Origin: a virus
Taxonomy: Duplodnaviria; Caudoviricetes
Virus record (IMG/VR): IMGVR_UViG_3300031555_003626
Location: 169,330-233,329 of that record
Reading direction: 5' to 3' (one strand)
Length of the DNA stretch: 64,000 nucleotides
The stretch's first letter is position 1. Each line of letters starts with the position of its first letter. The position numbers were made by a program, and so were the translations under genes. This document shows positions 45,028 to 55,286 of the stretch, piece after piece. Below the pieces are notes generated by a model. It did no database searches and was not told where the DNA came from. It saw only the letters and a program-made list of their open reading frames with translations.

Positions 45028-45873
45028 ATGAGTATTGCAGATCTTTATTTTAAAGATGAAGTAAACGAGCTTCTTACTAATGGCTTTAATGACAAGGATT
45101 ATCCTGTAAGACCTAAGTGGCCTGACGGCACTCCTGCACATACAATTAAAACCTTCTGTGCGGTTCGTACTTATGATCTTTCTAAGGAATTTCCTATTCT
45201 CACGCTTAGAACTCAGGCATTTAAGGGTGTAGTAAGAGAGCTTCTTTGGATGTGGCAGAAGAAGTCTAATGTAGTCAATGACCTTGGCAAGAGTGCTTCT
45301 ATTTGGAGAGCCTGGGAAGGTGAAGACGGAACTATTGGTAAGACCTATGGCTATCAGCTTGGTAAGGTTTCTGATTACGGTTACGGTAAGTTTGACCAAG
45401 TAGATAATCTTATTTATCTTCTTAAGAATAAGCCTATGGATCGTAGAATGATTACAACTATGTGGTGCCCCGAAGATCTTAATGAAATGAATCTTCCTCC
45501 ATGTGTTTATGAAACTCTTTGGGATGTAACTGACGGAAAGCTTAACTGCACAGTTATTCAGCGCTCAGGTGACCTTCTTGCTGCAGCAGCTTCTGGCGGT
45601 TGGGATACTATTCAGTATGCGGTATTGGTGCACATGCTTGCTCAGGTTTGTGGTTATCAGCCTGGCACCTTAGTTCATATCGTTAATAACCTGCATATCT
45701 ACGATAGACACGTAGAGCTTGTCAAGGAAGTTATCGAAAATCCTGAATATCCAGGTCCTCAGCTTAGGCTCAATCCTAATGTAAAGGATTTTTATGACTT
45801 TACTGAAGATGATTTTGAGCTTATTAATTATCAGTCTACTAAACTTGAGAAAAAGTTTCAGGTGGCAGAATAA
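45028..45873 (+). CDS. thyA: Thymidylate synthase
   Basis: 'G..YG.Q', 'LPPC', 'QRSGD', 'N.HIYD.H'. Confidence 0.92.
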   Translation: MSIADLYFKDEVNELLTNGFNDKDYPVRPKWPDGTPAHTIKTFCAVRTYDLSKEFPILTLRTQAFKGVVRELLWMWQKKSNVVNDLGKSASIWRAWEGEDGTIGKTYGYQLGKVSDYGYGKFDQVDNLIYLLKNKPMDRRMITTMWCPEDLNEMNLPPCVYETLWDVTDGKLNCTVIQRSGDLLAAAASGGWDTIQYAVLVHMLAQVCGYQPGTLVHIVNNLHIYDRHVELVKEVIENPEYPGPQLRLNPNVKDFYDFTEDDFELINYQSTKLEKKFQVAE

Positions 45874-46127
45874 TGAAGTATTCAGTGGATATTCCGGCAC
45901 AGCCCGGCGATAGACTTCTTGTTTATGAAAATTTAGTTTATGGAAACGGCTGGCAGCTTGGGGAGCCAGTACTTTATGAAGTAACGAATTTAACAATAAC
46001 TCAAAATAAGAAAAAACAATGGACTAAGAAAATTCGAGCAATGCGAGTCGTTAATGGTAAAACAATTGACTATGGAATTAACTTGAATTTTGAAGATATT
46101 GGGGTAAAAGCTTTTTTACAGGAGTAG
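45873..46127 (+). CDS. Hypothetical protein
   Basis: Coupled start. Confidence 0.45.
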   Translation: MKYSVDIPAQPGDRLLVYENLVYGNGWQLGEPVLYEVTNLTITQNKKKQWTKKIRAMRVVNGKTIDYGINLNFEDIGVKAFLQE

Positions 46128-46131
46128 AGAA

Positions 46132-46710
46132 ATGAGTAATTTTTGGAAACATATTAAAATGATAAGAACTCATAGAAAGCATGTTATAAGGGCATGCTTT
46201 AATATGGGTATTCCTCTTCAGGGGCTTCTACATGATCTTAGTAAGTACTCGCCGACTGAGCTTAAAATTTGTAAATATTATACTGGTACCCTGAGTCCTC
46301 ACGACGCAGCAAGAAAAGAACTTGGATATTCACCGAGCTGGTATCATCATAGAAATAGAAATAAGCATCATTCAGAATACTGGGTAGATTCATTTGAAAA
46401 AATGAACGCTGTAAAGATGCCTTATAAATATGTGATTGAGATGTTCTGTGACTTTATTGCTGCGGGCAAAGCTTATAATAAAGATTCTTGGTCAGTAAAA
46501 ACGCCTTGGGACTACTGGGAAAAGAAGTGTCGCGGAGTAAGAGCTCTTGACATCGAAACTGAATATCTTTTTGAAAAGCTTCTTTGGAATATGCATGAAG
46601 TGGGAAGTGAAAAAGATTTTTATAGATTATATAAAAGAATTAAAAAGCATCTAAAAACAAATTATGAAAATGGTACTTTAATTAAAGTCGAAAGTGAGAC
46701 AGGAGCATGA
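46132..46710 (+). CDS. HD-like protein (DUF5662-like)
   Basis: 'LLHDLSKYSP.E', 'HH..RNKHH.EYW', 'MP..Y.IEM.CD'. Confidence 0.7.
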   Translation: MSNFWKHIKMIRTHRKHVIRACFNMGIPLQGLLHDLSKYSPTELKICKYYTGTLSPHDAARKELGYSPSWYHHRNRNKHHSEYWVDSFEKMNAVKMPYKYVIEMFCDFIAAGKAYNKDSWSVKTPWDYWEKKCRGVRALDIETEYLFEKLLWNMHEVGSEKDFYRLYKRIKKHLKTNYENGTLIKVESETGA

Positions 46711-46892
46711 GTAAGAAGATAGTTAGACATATCCCCACCCAGTGCTGCTATTATACAGAAGAAGACGGTGAAACCGTGATAATTTGTGGGTGTGACCTTA
46801 AGCCTAAGATTGACGGTAAAATCTTTTGGGAATACGTAGATACTTATACTGAAAAAGTAATTCAGCCAAATAACCCTTTTATAAATCGTTAA
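46707..46892 (+). CDS. Hypothetical protein
   Basis: ATGA overlap with upstream gene. Confidence 0.45.
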   Translation: MSKKIVRHIPTQCCYYTEEDGETVIICGCDLKPKIDGKIFWEYVDTYTEKVIQPNNPFINR

Positions 46893-46965
46893 AATTAACT
46901 AGACAGGCCTGAAAATGACCTGTCTTTTATTGTATTATATAATATATTATTAAGGAGGAAAACAA

Positions 46966-47427
46966 ATGAAAAGACCTTCAATAGATGAATATTATCTCAA
47001 TATTGCTAAAGCCGTCTCAGAGCGGTCAACTTGTTTGAAGAAGCACTATGGCTGCGTAATTGTACAGAGTGGAGAGGTAGTATCTACAGGATATAATGGT
47101 AATGTCAGAGGTGAAGGCCATTGCGGTTTTTGTACTAAAGCGTCAGGTAATGGTGATATGGAAGAGTATCAGCATTGCGAAGCAGTGCATGCAGAAATGA
47201 ATGCGCTACTGAGTGTCTCAAGACGTGAAATGCAGGGCGCGGATCTTTATCTCGCTGGCTATGACGTAAAGTCTGGCGAGCCTATTGAGTGTGAAGCTTG
47301 GCCTTGTGAGATTTGTTTAAGACTTATAAAGAATGCTGGAATTTATCGTATTATAAATAAGAAAGGCGTTATTTATATGCGCTCTGATGACGGTATTTTA
47401 AGACAGCTTATAGAAAAGAAGGACTAG
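46966..47427 (+). CDS. dCMP deaminase
   Basis: 'RSTC', 'STGYNG', 'HAEMNA', 'PC..C'. Confidence 0.9.
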   Translation: MKRPSIDEYYLNIAKAVSERSTCLKKHYGCVIVQSGEVVSTGYNGNVRGEGHCGFCTKASGNGDMEEYQHCEAVHAEMNALLSVSRREMQGADLYLAGYDVKSGEPIECEAWPCEICLRLIKNAGIYRIINKKGVIYMRSDDGILRQLIEKKD

Positions 47428-47431
47428 TATT

Positions 47432-47695
47432 ATGGACCTAAAAGAATTAAAAATAAAAGTAGCTCCTGAAGAGTTTAAGGGCTTTAAAGTTGATGAATTA
47501 GCTACTTTGAATTATGAAGAGTATAAGAGTGCTACTTATACGACAGATATCTTTGTTCGGTGTGCCATTTGTGAAGAACACGTTTCAATGAGTTCTAATG
47601 ATTATAGGGCTCAAGGAGTATTTATTTGTGATAAGTGTAAAGCAACTATTTTGCATATAAGAAAACTTTTAGAAGACAGAGGAAGTGTAGTATGA
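47432..47695 (+). CDS. Zinc-finger hypothetical protein
   Basis: CxxC...CxxC. Confidence 0.5.
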   Translation: MDLKELKIKVAPEEFKGFKVDELATLNYEEYKSATYTTDIFVRCAICEEHVSMSSNDYRAQGVFICDKCKATILHIRKLLEDRGSVV

Positions 47696-48186
47696 TTATT
47701 GGAATTGTTTGTGTAGATCGTAATTTTGGTATCGGCAAAAAGAATGACCTTCTTTTTCATTTAAAGAAAGATATGGAATTTTTCAAAAATACTACTATGG
47801 ATAGTATTGTTTTCTGCGGATACAATACTCTTCTTAGTTTTCCTGGAAGTAAGCCACTGAAGCATCGTTCTACTATTTGTCTTTGTCCCGAAGGCATTGA
47901 GAGAGATGACTGCTTCTGTATTCATGATTTTGATACGGCAGTAAAACTTGTTAAGGAGCTTGCTAAGACTAAAAACGTTTATGTAATTGGCGGAGCGATG
48001 CTTTACAAGTCAATGCTTCCTTACTATGATGAAGTGCTTGTGACTAAAGTAGACGCAGACGGTGAGGCAGAAGTTTTCTTCCCTAATCTTGATGAGTGTC
48101 CTGAATTTAAGGCTAGACGTGTTTCAAGCTGTGAAGATATGGGATATGATACTAGCTTTTGGACTTATAAAAGAATAACTGAGTAA
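47692..48186 (+). CDS. folA: Dihydrofolate reductase
   Basis: 'GIG..N.L', 'D..FFK..T', 'PL..R', 'VIGG..LY'. Confidence 0.88.
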   Translation: MIIGIVCVDRNFGIGKKNDLLFHLKKDMEFFKNTTMDSIVFCGYNTLLSFPGSKPLKHRSTICLCPEGIERDDCFCIHDFDTAVKLVKELAKTKNVYVIGGAMLYKSMLPYYDEVLVTKVDADGEAEVFFPNLDECPEFKARRVSSCEDMGYDTSFWTYKRITE

Positions 48187-48189
48187 GCT

Positions 48190-48723
48190 ATGAAATATAA
48201 CGTTGGATTATTTATTGGAAGATTTCAGCCTTTTCATTGTGGTCACGAATCAATAGTACGTAAAATGCTAGAAGAGTGTGAAAGGGTTATTATTGCAATT
48301 GGGTCAGCACAAGAATCAAACACAGAACTGAATCCACTTAGATACGAATATCGTCGACTAATGATTCAGAAAGTTTTTCCTGAATACTTTGATAGAATTA
48401 TTATTATCGGCATTACTGACCGTACAAATCCTTCTGATGATGAATCATGGGGAGAGTATTTACTAAATGCGGTTTATCAAAATATAAAGATAAAACCTGA
48501 TGTTATTTATCAAGGCATAGAAAATAAACATAATCATTGGTTTGATTCTTTTAATATCAATATTATAAATATAGATAGAGACTTATTAAAAGTGTCCGCT
48601 ACAGAAATTCGCAAAGCAATTCTTGAAGAAGATTTTGACTACTATAAAGAATTTATGCCCGATAATTTACATTCTGAATTTAAAAATTTAAGGAAGATAC
48701 TAAAAGATGTTGAAAATAACTGA
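48190..48723 (+). CDS. Nicotinate/nicotinamide mononucleotide adenylyltransferase (NadM/NadR-like)
   Basis: 'GRFQPFH.GH', 'IGSAQ', 'NP', 'SATEIR'. Confidence 0.85.
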   Translation: MKYNVGLFIGRFQPFHCGHESIVRKMLEECERVIIAIGSAQESNTELNPLRYEYRRLMIQKVFPEYFDRIIIIGITDRTNPSDDESWGEYLLNAVYQNIKIKPDVIYQGIENKHNHWFDSFNINIINIDRDLLKVSATEIRKAILEEDFDYYKEFMPDNLHSEFKNLRKILKDVENN

Positions 48724-49459
48724 ACAGTGTATTAATTGGATTAAAGAACAGTTTAAAGATATTCCCGACGGTAAAGCAATTATTGGTATTTCTGGTGGCA
48801 AGGACTCTACAGTTGCAGCAGCGCTTTGTGTAGAAGCTCTCGGTGCAGATAGGGTAATCGGTGTTCTTATGCCTCAAGGAGTGCAAAATGATATTTATGA
48901 CTCTTATGAAGTTGTTGCGTCTCTCAAGCTTCAATATCATGTTGTTAACATTGGAAATACGTGCGATGCACTGTACAATTCTATTAGTGATGCAGTTTTT
49001 CTAAGTAATGGTAAAAATGCTGTAAGAAGTAATTCTATGATTACGACCAATCTCCCTGCTCGTATTCGTATGACTACCCTTTATGCTATTGCAGCACTTT
49101 ATCCTAATTCTCGTATAGTAAATACTTGTAATTACTCTGAAGATTTTGTCGGTTATTCTACAAAGTATGGAGATGCTGCAGGGGATTTTTCACCACTCGG
49201 TAATTTGACTGTTCGTGAAGTTCTCATGATTGGAGATGACCTTGGCCTTCCTAGTCATTTAGTTCATAAAGCACCTTCTGACGGAATGTGCGGTAAGACT
49301 GACGAAGATAATCTCGGCTTTACGTATGAAGAGCTCGACAGTTTTCTTTTGGGAGAAAGCGGTCTTACTCCAGAAACAATGAGTAAAGTAGCAAGGCTGC
49401 ATAAAGCAACTCGCCACAAATATACACCAATGCCAATTTTTAACAAAGGAGAAAATTAA
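48707..49459 (+). CDS. nadE: NH3-dependent NAD+ synthetase
   Basis: 'GISGGKDS', 'N..ARIRM', 'GY.TKYGD', 'KAPS'. Confidence 0.92.
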   Translation: MLKITEQCINWIKEQFKDIPDGKAIIGISGGKDSTVAAALCVEALGADRVIGVLMPQGVQNDIYDSYEVVASLKLQYHVVNIGNTCDALYNSISDAVFLSNGKNAVRSNSMITTNLPARIRMTTLYAIAALYPNSRIVNTCNYSEDFVGYSTKYGDAAGDFSPLGNLTVREVLMIGDDLGLPSHLVHKAPSDGMCGKTDEDNLGFTYEELDSFLLGESGLTPETMSKVARLHKATRHKYTPMPIFNKGEN

Positions 49460-49461
49460 TT

Positions 49462-50703
49462 ATGATGAAACTTAGCCCTATTGTAGTATCTTTGCTTGAT
49501 ACTGACCTTTATAAATTTAATATGAATCAGGTAATGTTCCATAAGCATACCAATTTAAATGGTACTTATATTTTTAAATGCCGAAATGAAGGTGTAGAGT
49601 TTACAGAAGAGATGATTGAAGAGATTAACGCACAAATTGATCATCTTTGCACTCTTACTTTTAGCGAGGAAGAACTCGAATACCTTTCTTCTCTTCGTTT
49701 TATCAAGAGTGACTATGTAGAATTTCTTCGTTTGTGGCGCCCTCTCCGTAGATATGTACACTGCTTTAAGTCTGATTATTTTTCTCTTACCCCTGCAGAG
49801 GACGACGAGGAAGAAAATATCGCTTCAGGTGGAATGGTTCTCTATGTAGAAGGTCCTCTGTTTTCTGTAATGCAGTTTGAGATTTATCTTCTTGAGATAG
49901 TAAATGAAGTTTACTTCCGTATGAAGTATGACTATATATCCCTCGTGAATTCTGCAAAAGAAAAGCTTGTTGGCAAAATGACCGGCTTCCGTGCAGATAT
50001 TTATGATTTTAAGTTTGCCGAGTTTGGCGCACGTCGTCGTCTTTCTAGAGAGTGGCAGGATTACGCAGTCGGTGAGCTTGTGAAAAATGAGCACTGTGTT
50101 GGTACCTCTAATGTTTATCTTGCAATGAAGTACGGTGTAAAGCCTATTGGTACTTATGCTCATGAATTTGTCCAGATGTATCAGGGCGTCCCCGGTATTC
50201 AGCTTGCTTATACCAATAAGGTAGCTATGGAAGAATGGTTTGATGAGTATCAGGGTGATAACGGAACTGCTCTGACCGATACTCTTGGTACAGACCTCTT
50301 CCTTCGTGATTTCAATAAGCTTCAGGCCCTTTGTTATACTGGAGTGAGACATGACTCAGGAGACCCTATTGAGTGGGGCGAAAAGATTATTGCTCACTAT
50401 GAGAAGCTTGGCATAGACCCTAAGACTAAGACTCTCTTGTTTAGTGACGGTCTTGATTTTGATAGCGCTCAGAGAATTTATAATTACTTTAAGGGTCGTA
50501 TAAATGTAAGTTTTGGTATTGGAACTTATCTCAGTAATGATACTTATGCAAAGCCTCTTAATATTGTTATTAAGCTGCAGTATGTCAACGGACACCCTGT
50601 GGCCAAGATAAGCGACACTCCTGGTAAGGCTATGTGTCAAGATAAGGGTTATCTTGAGTATCTTAAGAATGCAGTAAGTTATAGATTAAAGGAAGGTATT
50701 TAA
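49462..50703 (+). CDS. pncB: Nicotinate phosphoribosyltransferase
   Basis: 'LLDTDLYKF.M', 'EFGARRR', 'GT.AHE', 'RHDSGDP', 'FSDGL', 'KISD.PGK'. Confidence 0.92.
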   Translation: MMKLSPIVVSLLDTDLYKFNMNQVMFHKHTNLNGTYIFKCRNEGVEFTEEMIEEINAQIDHLCTLTFSEEELEYLSSLRFIKSDYVEFLRLWRPLRRYVHCFKSDYFSLTPAEDDEEENIASGGMVLYVEGPLFSVMQFEIYLLEIVNEVYFRMKYDYISLVNSAKEKLVGKMTGFRADIYDFKFAEFGARRRLSREWQDYAVGELVKNEHCVGTSNVYLAMKYGVKPIGTYAHEFVQMYQGVPGIQLAYTNKVAMEEWFDEYQGDNGTALTDTLGTDLFLRDFNKLQALCYTGVRHDSGDPIEWGEKIIAHYEKLGIDPKTKTLLFSDGLDFDSAQRIYNYFKGRINVSFGIGTYLSNDTYAKPLNIVIKLQYVNGHPVAKISDTPGKAMCQDKGYLEYLKNAVSYRLKEGI

Positions 50704-50704
50704 A

Positions 50705-51268
50705 ATGAAGGTATTACTTGTAGTTGATGTACAGAATGATTTTGTAACCGGCGCTCTGGCGAATCCCGAAGCACAAGCGCGAATTCCTAAGATTAAAGAG
50801 AAGATTAAGCAGCGTGTCGCCGAAGGTTGGAAAGTAATGTTTACTCAAGATACTCATGACGAGGATTATCTTGATTCTTCTGAAGGCAAATATCTTCCGG
50901 TTGTCCACTGTGTCAACTGGACTTGGGGCTGGCAGATAGTAGATGAATTAAAAGAATTTATAGAGCCTCACAGCACCATTATTAAAAAGCGTTTTGGTTT
51001 AAATGAATTAGACCGCCAGATTTATCTTAATATGCCTGGTAGCTGGAGCTTTGCACAAGACCCTATTACTGAAATAGAACTTATAGGCTTTTGTACAGAT
51101 ATTTGTGTAGTTTCTAACGCGCTTATTTTAAAGGCTGATGTAATAAGAGACCATACTATTATCAGCTGTGATGCATCTTGCTGTGCGGGTACTTCCATTG
51201 AAGCTCATAATGCAGCACTCACTGTAATGAAGTCTTGTCAGATAGAAGTTATTAATGAGGGTTGCTGA
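50705..51268 (+). CDS. pncA: Nicotinamidase (isochorismatase family)
   Basis: 'VVDVQNDF', 'DTH', 'HC', 'G.CTDICV'; adjacent to pncB. Confidence 0.85.
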   Translation: MKVLLVVDVQNDFVTGALANPEAQARIPKIKEKIKQRVAEGWKVMFTQDTHDEDYLDSSEGKYLPVVHCVNWTWGWQIVDELKEFIEPHSTIIKKRFGLNELDRQIYLNMPGSWSFAQDPITEIELIGFCTDICVVSNALILKADVIRDHTIISCDASCCAGTSIEAHNAALTVMKSCQIEVINEGC

Positions 51269-51357
51269 TAAATAAACAAATTATTTTGTTATAAAATAAT
51301 ATGCTAAAATAATTACCCTCATTAAATGACTTTATTTAAATGAAAGGATGAAATTGT

Positions 51358-53586
51358 ATGTTACATTTACATCATAGTGGTTTTGTAGAAGGCCCTTGGG
51401 TTGATAGCATTGATGTAAGAGATTTTATTCAAAAAAATTATAAACCTTACTATGGTGATGCTGCTTTCCTAGAGGGCCCGACAGAACGCACTAGTAACTT
51501 AATGAAAACTGTCCAGCTTCTTTTTGAAGAAGAGCGTCGCAATAATGGTGTCAGAGCAGTCGATACGGAGATAGTAAGTTCACCAACAGCGTACGAGCCA
51601 GGTTATATTGATATGAACCAAGAAATTATTGTTGGATTGCAGACTGATGAGCCTCTTAAAAGAGGTATTGCACCTTTTGGTGGTATAAGAATGGCAAGAC
51701 AGGCCTGTGAGGCTTACGGCTATAAGCTTAGCCCTAAAATCGAAGAAGAGTTTAAATACCGTACTACTCATAATGACGGTGTTTTTAGAGCTTATACTGA
51801 GGAAATGCGGGCGGCGAGAAAGTCACATGTAATTACAGGACTTCCTGATGCCTATGGCCGTGGTCGAATTATAGGTGACTACCGTCGTGTTGCTTTGTAT
51901 GGTATAGACAGATTAGTTGAAGAAAAAATTAAGGACAGAAAAAAGCTTGCAACCGCTTCTTTTAACACTGATGAAATTCGCTTAACAGAGGAACTTCATC
52001 AACAGATCGAATTTCTTAATCAACTTAAAGAAATGGCAAAGCAGTATGGCTTTGATATTAGCCAGCCTGCGAAGAGTACACGAGAAGCTATTCAGTGGAC
52101 ATATTTTGCTTACCTTGCCGCTATTAAAGAACAAAATGGTGCAGCAATGAGCCTAGGTCGTGTTGCTACATTTTTTGATATTTATGCTGAAAGGGACCTC
52201 GCTCTTGGAGTTTTAACAGAACAGGAAATACAAGAACTGTTTGATGATTTTGTAATTAAATTACGATTAGCTAGACACCTTAGAACACCGGAATACAACG
52301 AGCTTTTCGGCGGAGACCCTATGTGGATTACTGAAGCAGTTGGCGGAATGGGTGAAGATGGTAGAACGCTAGTCTCTAAATCTAGCTTTAGAATTTTAAA
52401 TACTTTATATAATCTAGGTCCTGCACCTGAGCCTAACTTAACTGTTTTGTGGTCAGAACAACTTCCTAAGCCTTTTAAAGAATTTTGTGCTAAAGTTTCT
52501 ATTGATACTGATTCTATTCAGTATGAAAATGATGATATTATGCGACCTGAATATGGAGATGATTACGCTATTGCTTGCTGCGTTTCTGCTATGAAAATCG
52601 GTAAGCAGATGCAGTTCTTCGGGGCTAGATGTAATCTTCCAAAGCTTCTTTTAATTGCACTAAATGGTGGTTATGATACTACTTCTGATATTCACATTGG
52701 TCCTCAGATGTCCATTATGGATGGTGAGGTTTTAGACTACGAAAAAGTAAATGAAAGACTTGATATTTATATGCAGTGGCTAGCTCATTTGTATGTAAAT
52801 ACGATGAACGTTATTCATTATATGCATGATAAATACTGCTATGAAAAAACTCAGATGGCTTTGCATGATACAGATGTACATCGTTTTATGGCTTTTGGCA
52901 TTGCCGGCCTGTCTGTTATTACAGACTCTATGAGCGCTATTTTAAAGGCAAAAGTTGAGCCCATTAGAGACGAACGTGGCTATATAGTCGATTTTAAAAC
53001 TACTAGCAACTTTCCGTGCTATGGAAATGATGTTGATGAAGTGGATTTTATTGCAAAAGATATCTCTCATCGAATGATTACTTATTTAAGACAAACCCCA
53101 GCCTATAGAGATGCCGAGCATACCCTATCTGTTCTTACTATTACTTCTAATGTAATGTATGGTAAACATACTGGTGCCACACCGGACGGACGTAAAGCTG
53201 GAGAGCCTTTTGCACCTGGCGCTAACCCAATGCACGGCAGAGATTGTACTGGACCACTGGCGTCACTTAATTCAGTAGCAAAACTTTCTTATGATGACTG
53301 TAGAGATGGCATTTCTAATACCTTCTCAATTATTCCGTCAGCGCTTGGTAATTCTGCTGAAAATATGGTCGCTAATCTAGTAGCAATTCTTGATGGCTAT
53401 TTTGCACAGAAGGCGCACCATCTTAATGTGAATGTTATGAATAGAGAAACACTTATGGATGCCTATGACCACCCAGAAAAATATCCCAACTTAACAATTC
53501 GTGTAAGTGGCTATGCTGTTCATTTTAATAAACTTTCACGTGCTCAACAAAGAGAAGTAATTAGTCGAACTTTCCATAGTATGTGA
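51358..53586 (+). CDS. pflB: Pyruvate formate-lyase (formate C-acetyltransferase)
   Basis: '[22 protein letters not shown]', active-site 'IACCVS', glycyl-radical 'RVSGYAV'. Confidence 0.93.
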   Translation: MLHLHHSGFVEGPWVDSIDVRDFIQKNYKPYYGDAAFLEGPTERTSNLMKTVQLLFEEERRNNGVRAVDTEIVSSPTAYEPGYIDMNQEIIVGLQTDEPLKRGIAPFGGIRMARQACEAYGYKLSPKIEEEFKYRTTHNDGVFRAYTEEMRAARKSHVITGLPDAYGRGRIIGDYRRVALYGIDRLVEEKIKDRKKLATASFNTDEIRLTEELHQQIEFLNQLKEMAKQYGFDISQPAKSTREAIQWTYFAYLAAIKEQNGAAMSLGRVATFFDIYAERDLALGVLTEQEIQELFDDFVIKLRLARHLRTPEYNELFGGDPMWITEAVGGMGEDGRTLVSKSSFRILNTLYNLGPAPEPNLTVLWSEQLPKPFKEFCAKVSIDTDSIQYENDDIMRPEYGDDYAIACCVSAMKIGKQMQFFGARCNLPKLLLIALNGGYDTTSDIHIGPQMSIMDGEVLDYEKVNERLDIYMQWLAHLYVNTMNVIHYMHDKYCYEKTQMALHDTDVHRFMAFGIAGLSVITDSMSAILKAKVEPIRDERGYIVDFKTTSNFPCYGNDVDEVDFIAKDISHRMITYLRQTPAYRDAEHTLSVLTITSNVMYGKHTGATPDGRKAGEPFAPGANPMHGRDCTGPLASLNSVAKLSYDDCRDGISNTFSIIPSALGNSAENMVANLVAILDGYFAQKAHHLNVNVMNRETLMDAYDHPEKYPNLTIRVSGYAVHFNKLSRAQQREVISRTFHSM

Positions 53587-53594
53587 GGTAAATT

Positions 53595-53771
53595 ATGCAA
53601 CAAAATAAAAAATTAAGCTACTGTGATTTTTGTGTGTACCATACTGCCAGCGGTTGCAGTGCTAAGCCAAATAGCGCATATTGTACAGAGGCGAAAAATG
53701 AGTATTGGCAGTACATAAATAATAAAAAGCAGCCTCAAATAAAATCACTTAGAAAATGGGGAACAAAATAA
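53595..53771 (+). CDS. Small Cys-rich hypothetical protein (58 aa)
   Basis: GAGG RBS; manually translated MQQNKKLSYCDFCVYH... Confidence 0.45.
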   Translation: MQQNKKLSYCDFCVYHTASGCSAKPNSAYCTEAKNEYWQYINNKKQPQIKSLRKWGTK

Positions 53772-54052
53772 AAATGTGCTTGAATTAATTAGCTAAATTA
53801 AATAAGGAAGCTGAAAAGTTTCCTTGTAAATAATACAAGCACGATAAACTCAAGCGATACTAAAAAGATACCAAAAGATAAATTAAAAGATACCTTTATA
53901 ATAAAATATAAGATACCTATAATTTAATACTTTTATATCTTTTTTAGCAGCCGCTCGGGAAATATTCTGAGCGGTATTTTTTTATCCATTAGCAAATTTT
54001 CTAAGAGTTATACCGTATTATATAATATGAAAATTACTAAAGGAGAACTAAA

Positions 54053-54583
54053 ATGATTAAATTTCTTATTGAACCTGGTTATGACGTAAAGGCCCCTGTG
54101 AGAGATGCTGGCAATGCAGGAGTAGACTTCTTTATTCCCACTCAGACTGACGCTTTTGTAAAGGCTTTTAACGAGAAGAATGCTGCTGCAAACGCTATTC
54201 TCGATTTTAATGATGCAGGTGAGCCTATCATCAAGATTATGCCCCACGGCCGCGCTAATATTCCTTCAGGTATTCGCAGTTTTATTCCTGCTAATGTAGC
54301 ACTTGAAGCGCAGAATAAGTCTGGTATCGCCTCTAAGTACGGCCTTGTATATGGTGCATCTGTTGTAGATGCTAATTATCAAGGCATTATTCATATTTCA
54401 CTTATCAATACGACCGGCAAGATCGTAGAGCTTCCGCTTGGGATGAAGGCAGTACAATTTCTTCCCAGAGTTATCGATATTTCTCCAATCGAAGTGTATA
54501 ATAATATATCGCTTGATGAGTTCTACAAAGACTTTGAATTTTCCAATCGTGGAGAAGGAGCTTTCGGTTCAACAGGCGTTTAA
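54053..54583 (+). CDS. dut: dUTPase (trimeric)
   Basis: 'AGVDF', 'KSG', 'VVDANYQG', 'RGEGAFGSTG'. Confidence 0.9.
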   Translation: MIKFLIEPGYDVKAPVRDAGNAGVDFFIPTQTDAFVKAFNEKNAAANAILDFNDAGEPIIKIMPHGRANIPSGIRSFIPANVALEAQNKSGIASKYGLVYGASVVDANYQGIIHISLINTTGKIVELPLGMKAVQFLPRVIDISPIEVYNNISLDEFYKDFEFSNRGEGAFGSTGV

Positions 54584-54605
54584 GAAATACTTCGGAGGAA
54601 TTTAG

Positions 54606-55283
54606 ATGTCAACTTGTTTTTTGTATGAAGTTTGTAATCACAAAGACTGTGATAAGGACTTCTGCCTCAGAAAATATAAAATGGACTCGCTCTACTCAGC
54701 AGCTCTTATGACAGAAAGTCAGAAGAAGCATATTACTTTGAGAGTGGATGAGGACGGAACAGATCTTGAGCAGTTTAAGCAACTTGCGGCTATTGAGCAG
54801 GATATTGTTAATTTTATCGGTAGTGGTAAAAACTTGTATCTTCACTCTGCTAACTGCGGAAATGGAAAGTCGTCTTGGAGTCTTCGTTTAGCAGAGGCCT
54901 ACTTTAATAAAATTTGGGCACGTACTGAAGTAAAGTGTCGTGTACTGTTTATTAGTGTACCAAGATTTTTGCTGGCACTCAAGGATGATATTACAACTAA
55001 AAATGCTTATGTAGCATATATCAAAGAAAATGTTTTGGAAGCAGACCTTGTTATCTGGGATGACATTGCGGCCAAAATGGGTTCAGAATTTGAACTTACC
55101 CATCTATTAAATATTATTGATAATCGTCTCGCCCTTGGAAAGTCTAATATTTATACATCTAATTTAAATAGACAACAGCTTTATAATGCCTTGGGCGAAA
55201 GACTTACTAGTAGAATTGCCAATATGTCAATTGACATTGAGCTTTTCGGTGCAGATAAAAGAGTTTTAAAAATCGGAGGCTAA
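54606..55283 (+). CDS. DnaC/IstB-like helicase loader ATPase
   Basis: Walker A 'GNGKS', 'LVIWDD', 'IIDNR', 'TSN', 'RL.SRI'. Confidence 0.8.
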   Translation: MSTCFLYEVCNHKDCDKDFCLRKYKMDSLYSAALMTESQKKHITLRVDEDGTDLEQFKQLAAIEQDIVNFIGSGKNLYLHSANCGNGKSSWSLRLAEAYFNKIWARTEVKCRVLFISVPRFLLALKDDITTKNAYVAYIKENVLEADLVIWDDIAAKMGSEFELTHLLNIIDNRLALGKSNIYTSNLNRQQLYNALGERLTSRIANMSIDIELFGADKRVLKIGG

Positions 55284-55286
55284 ACA

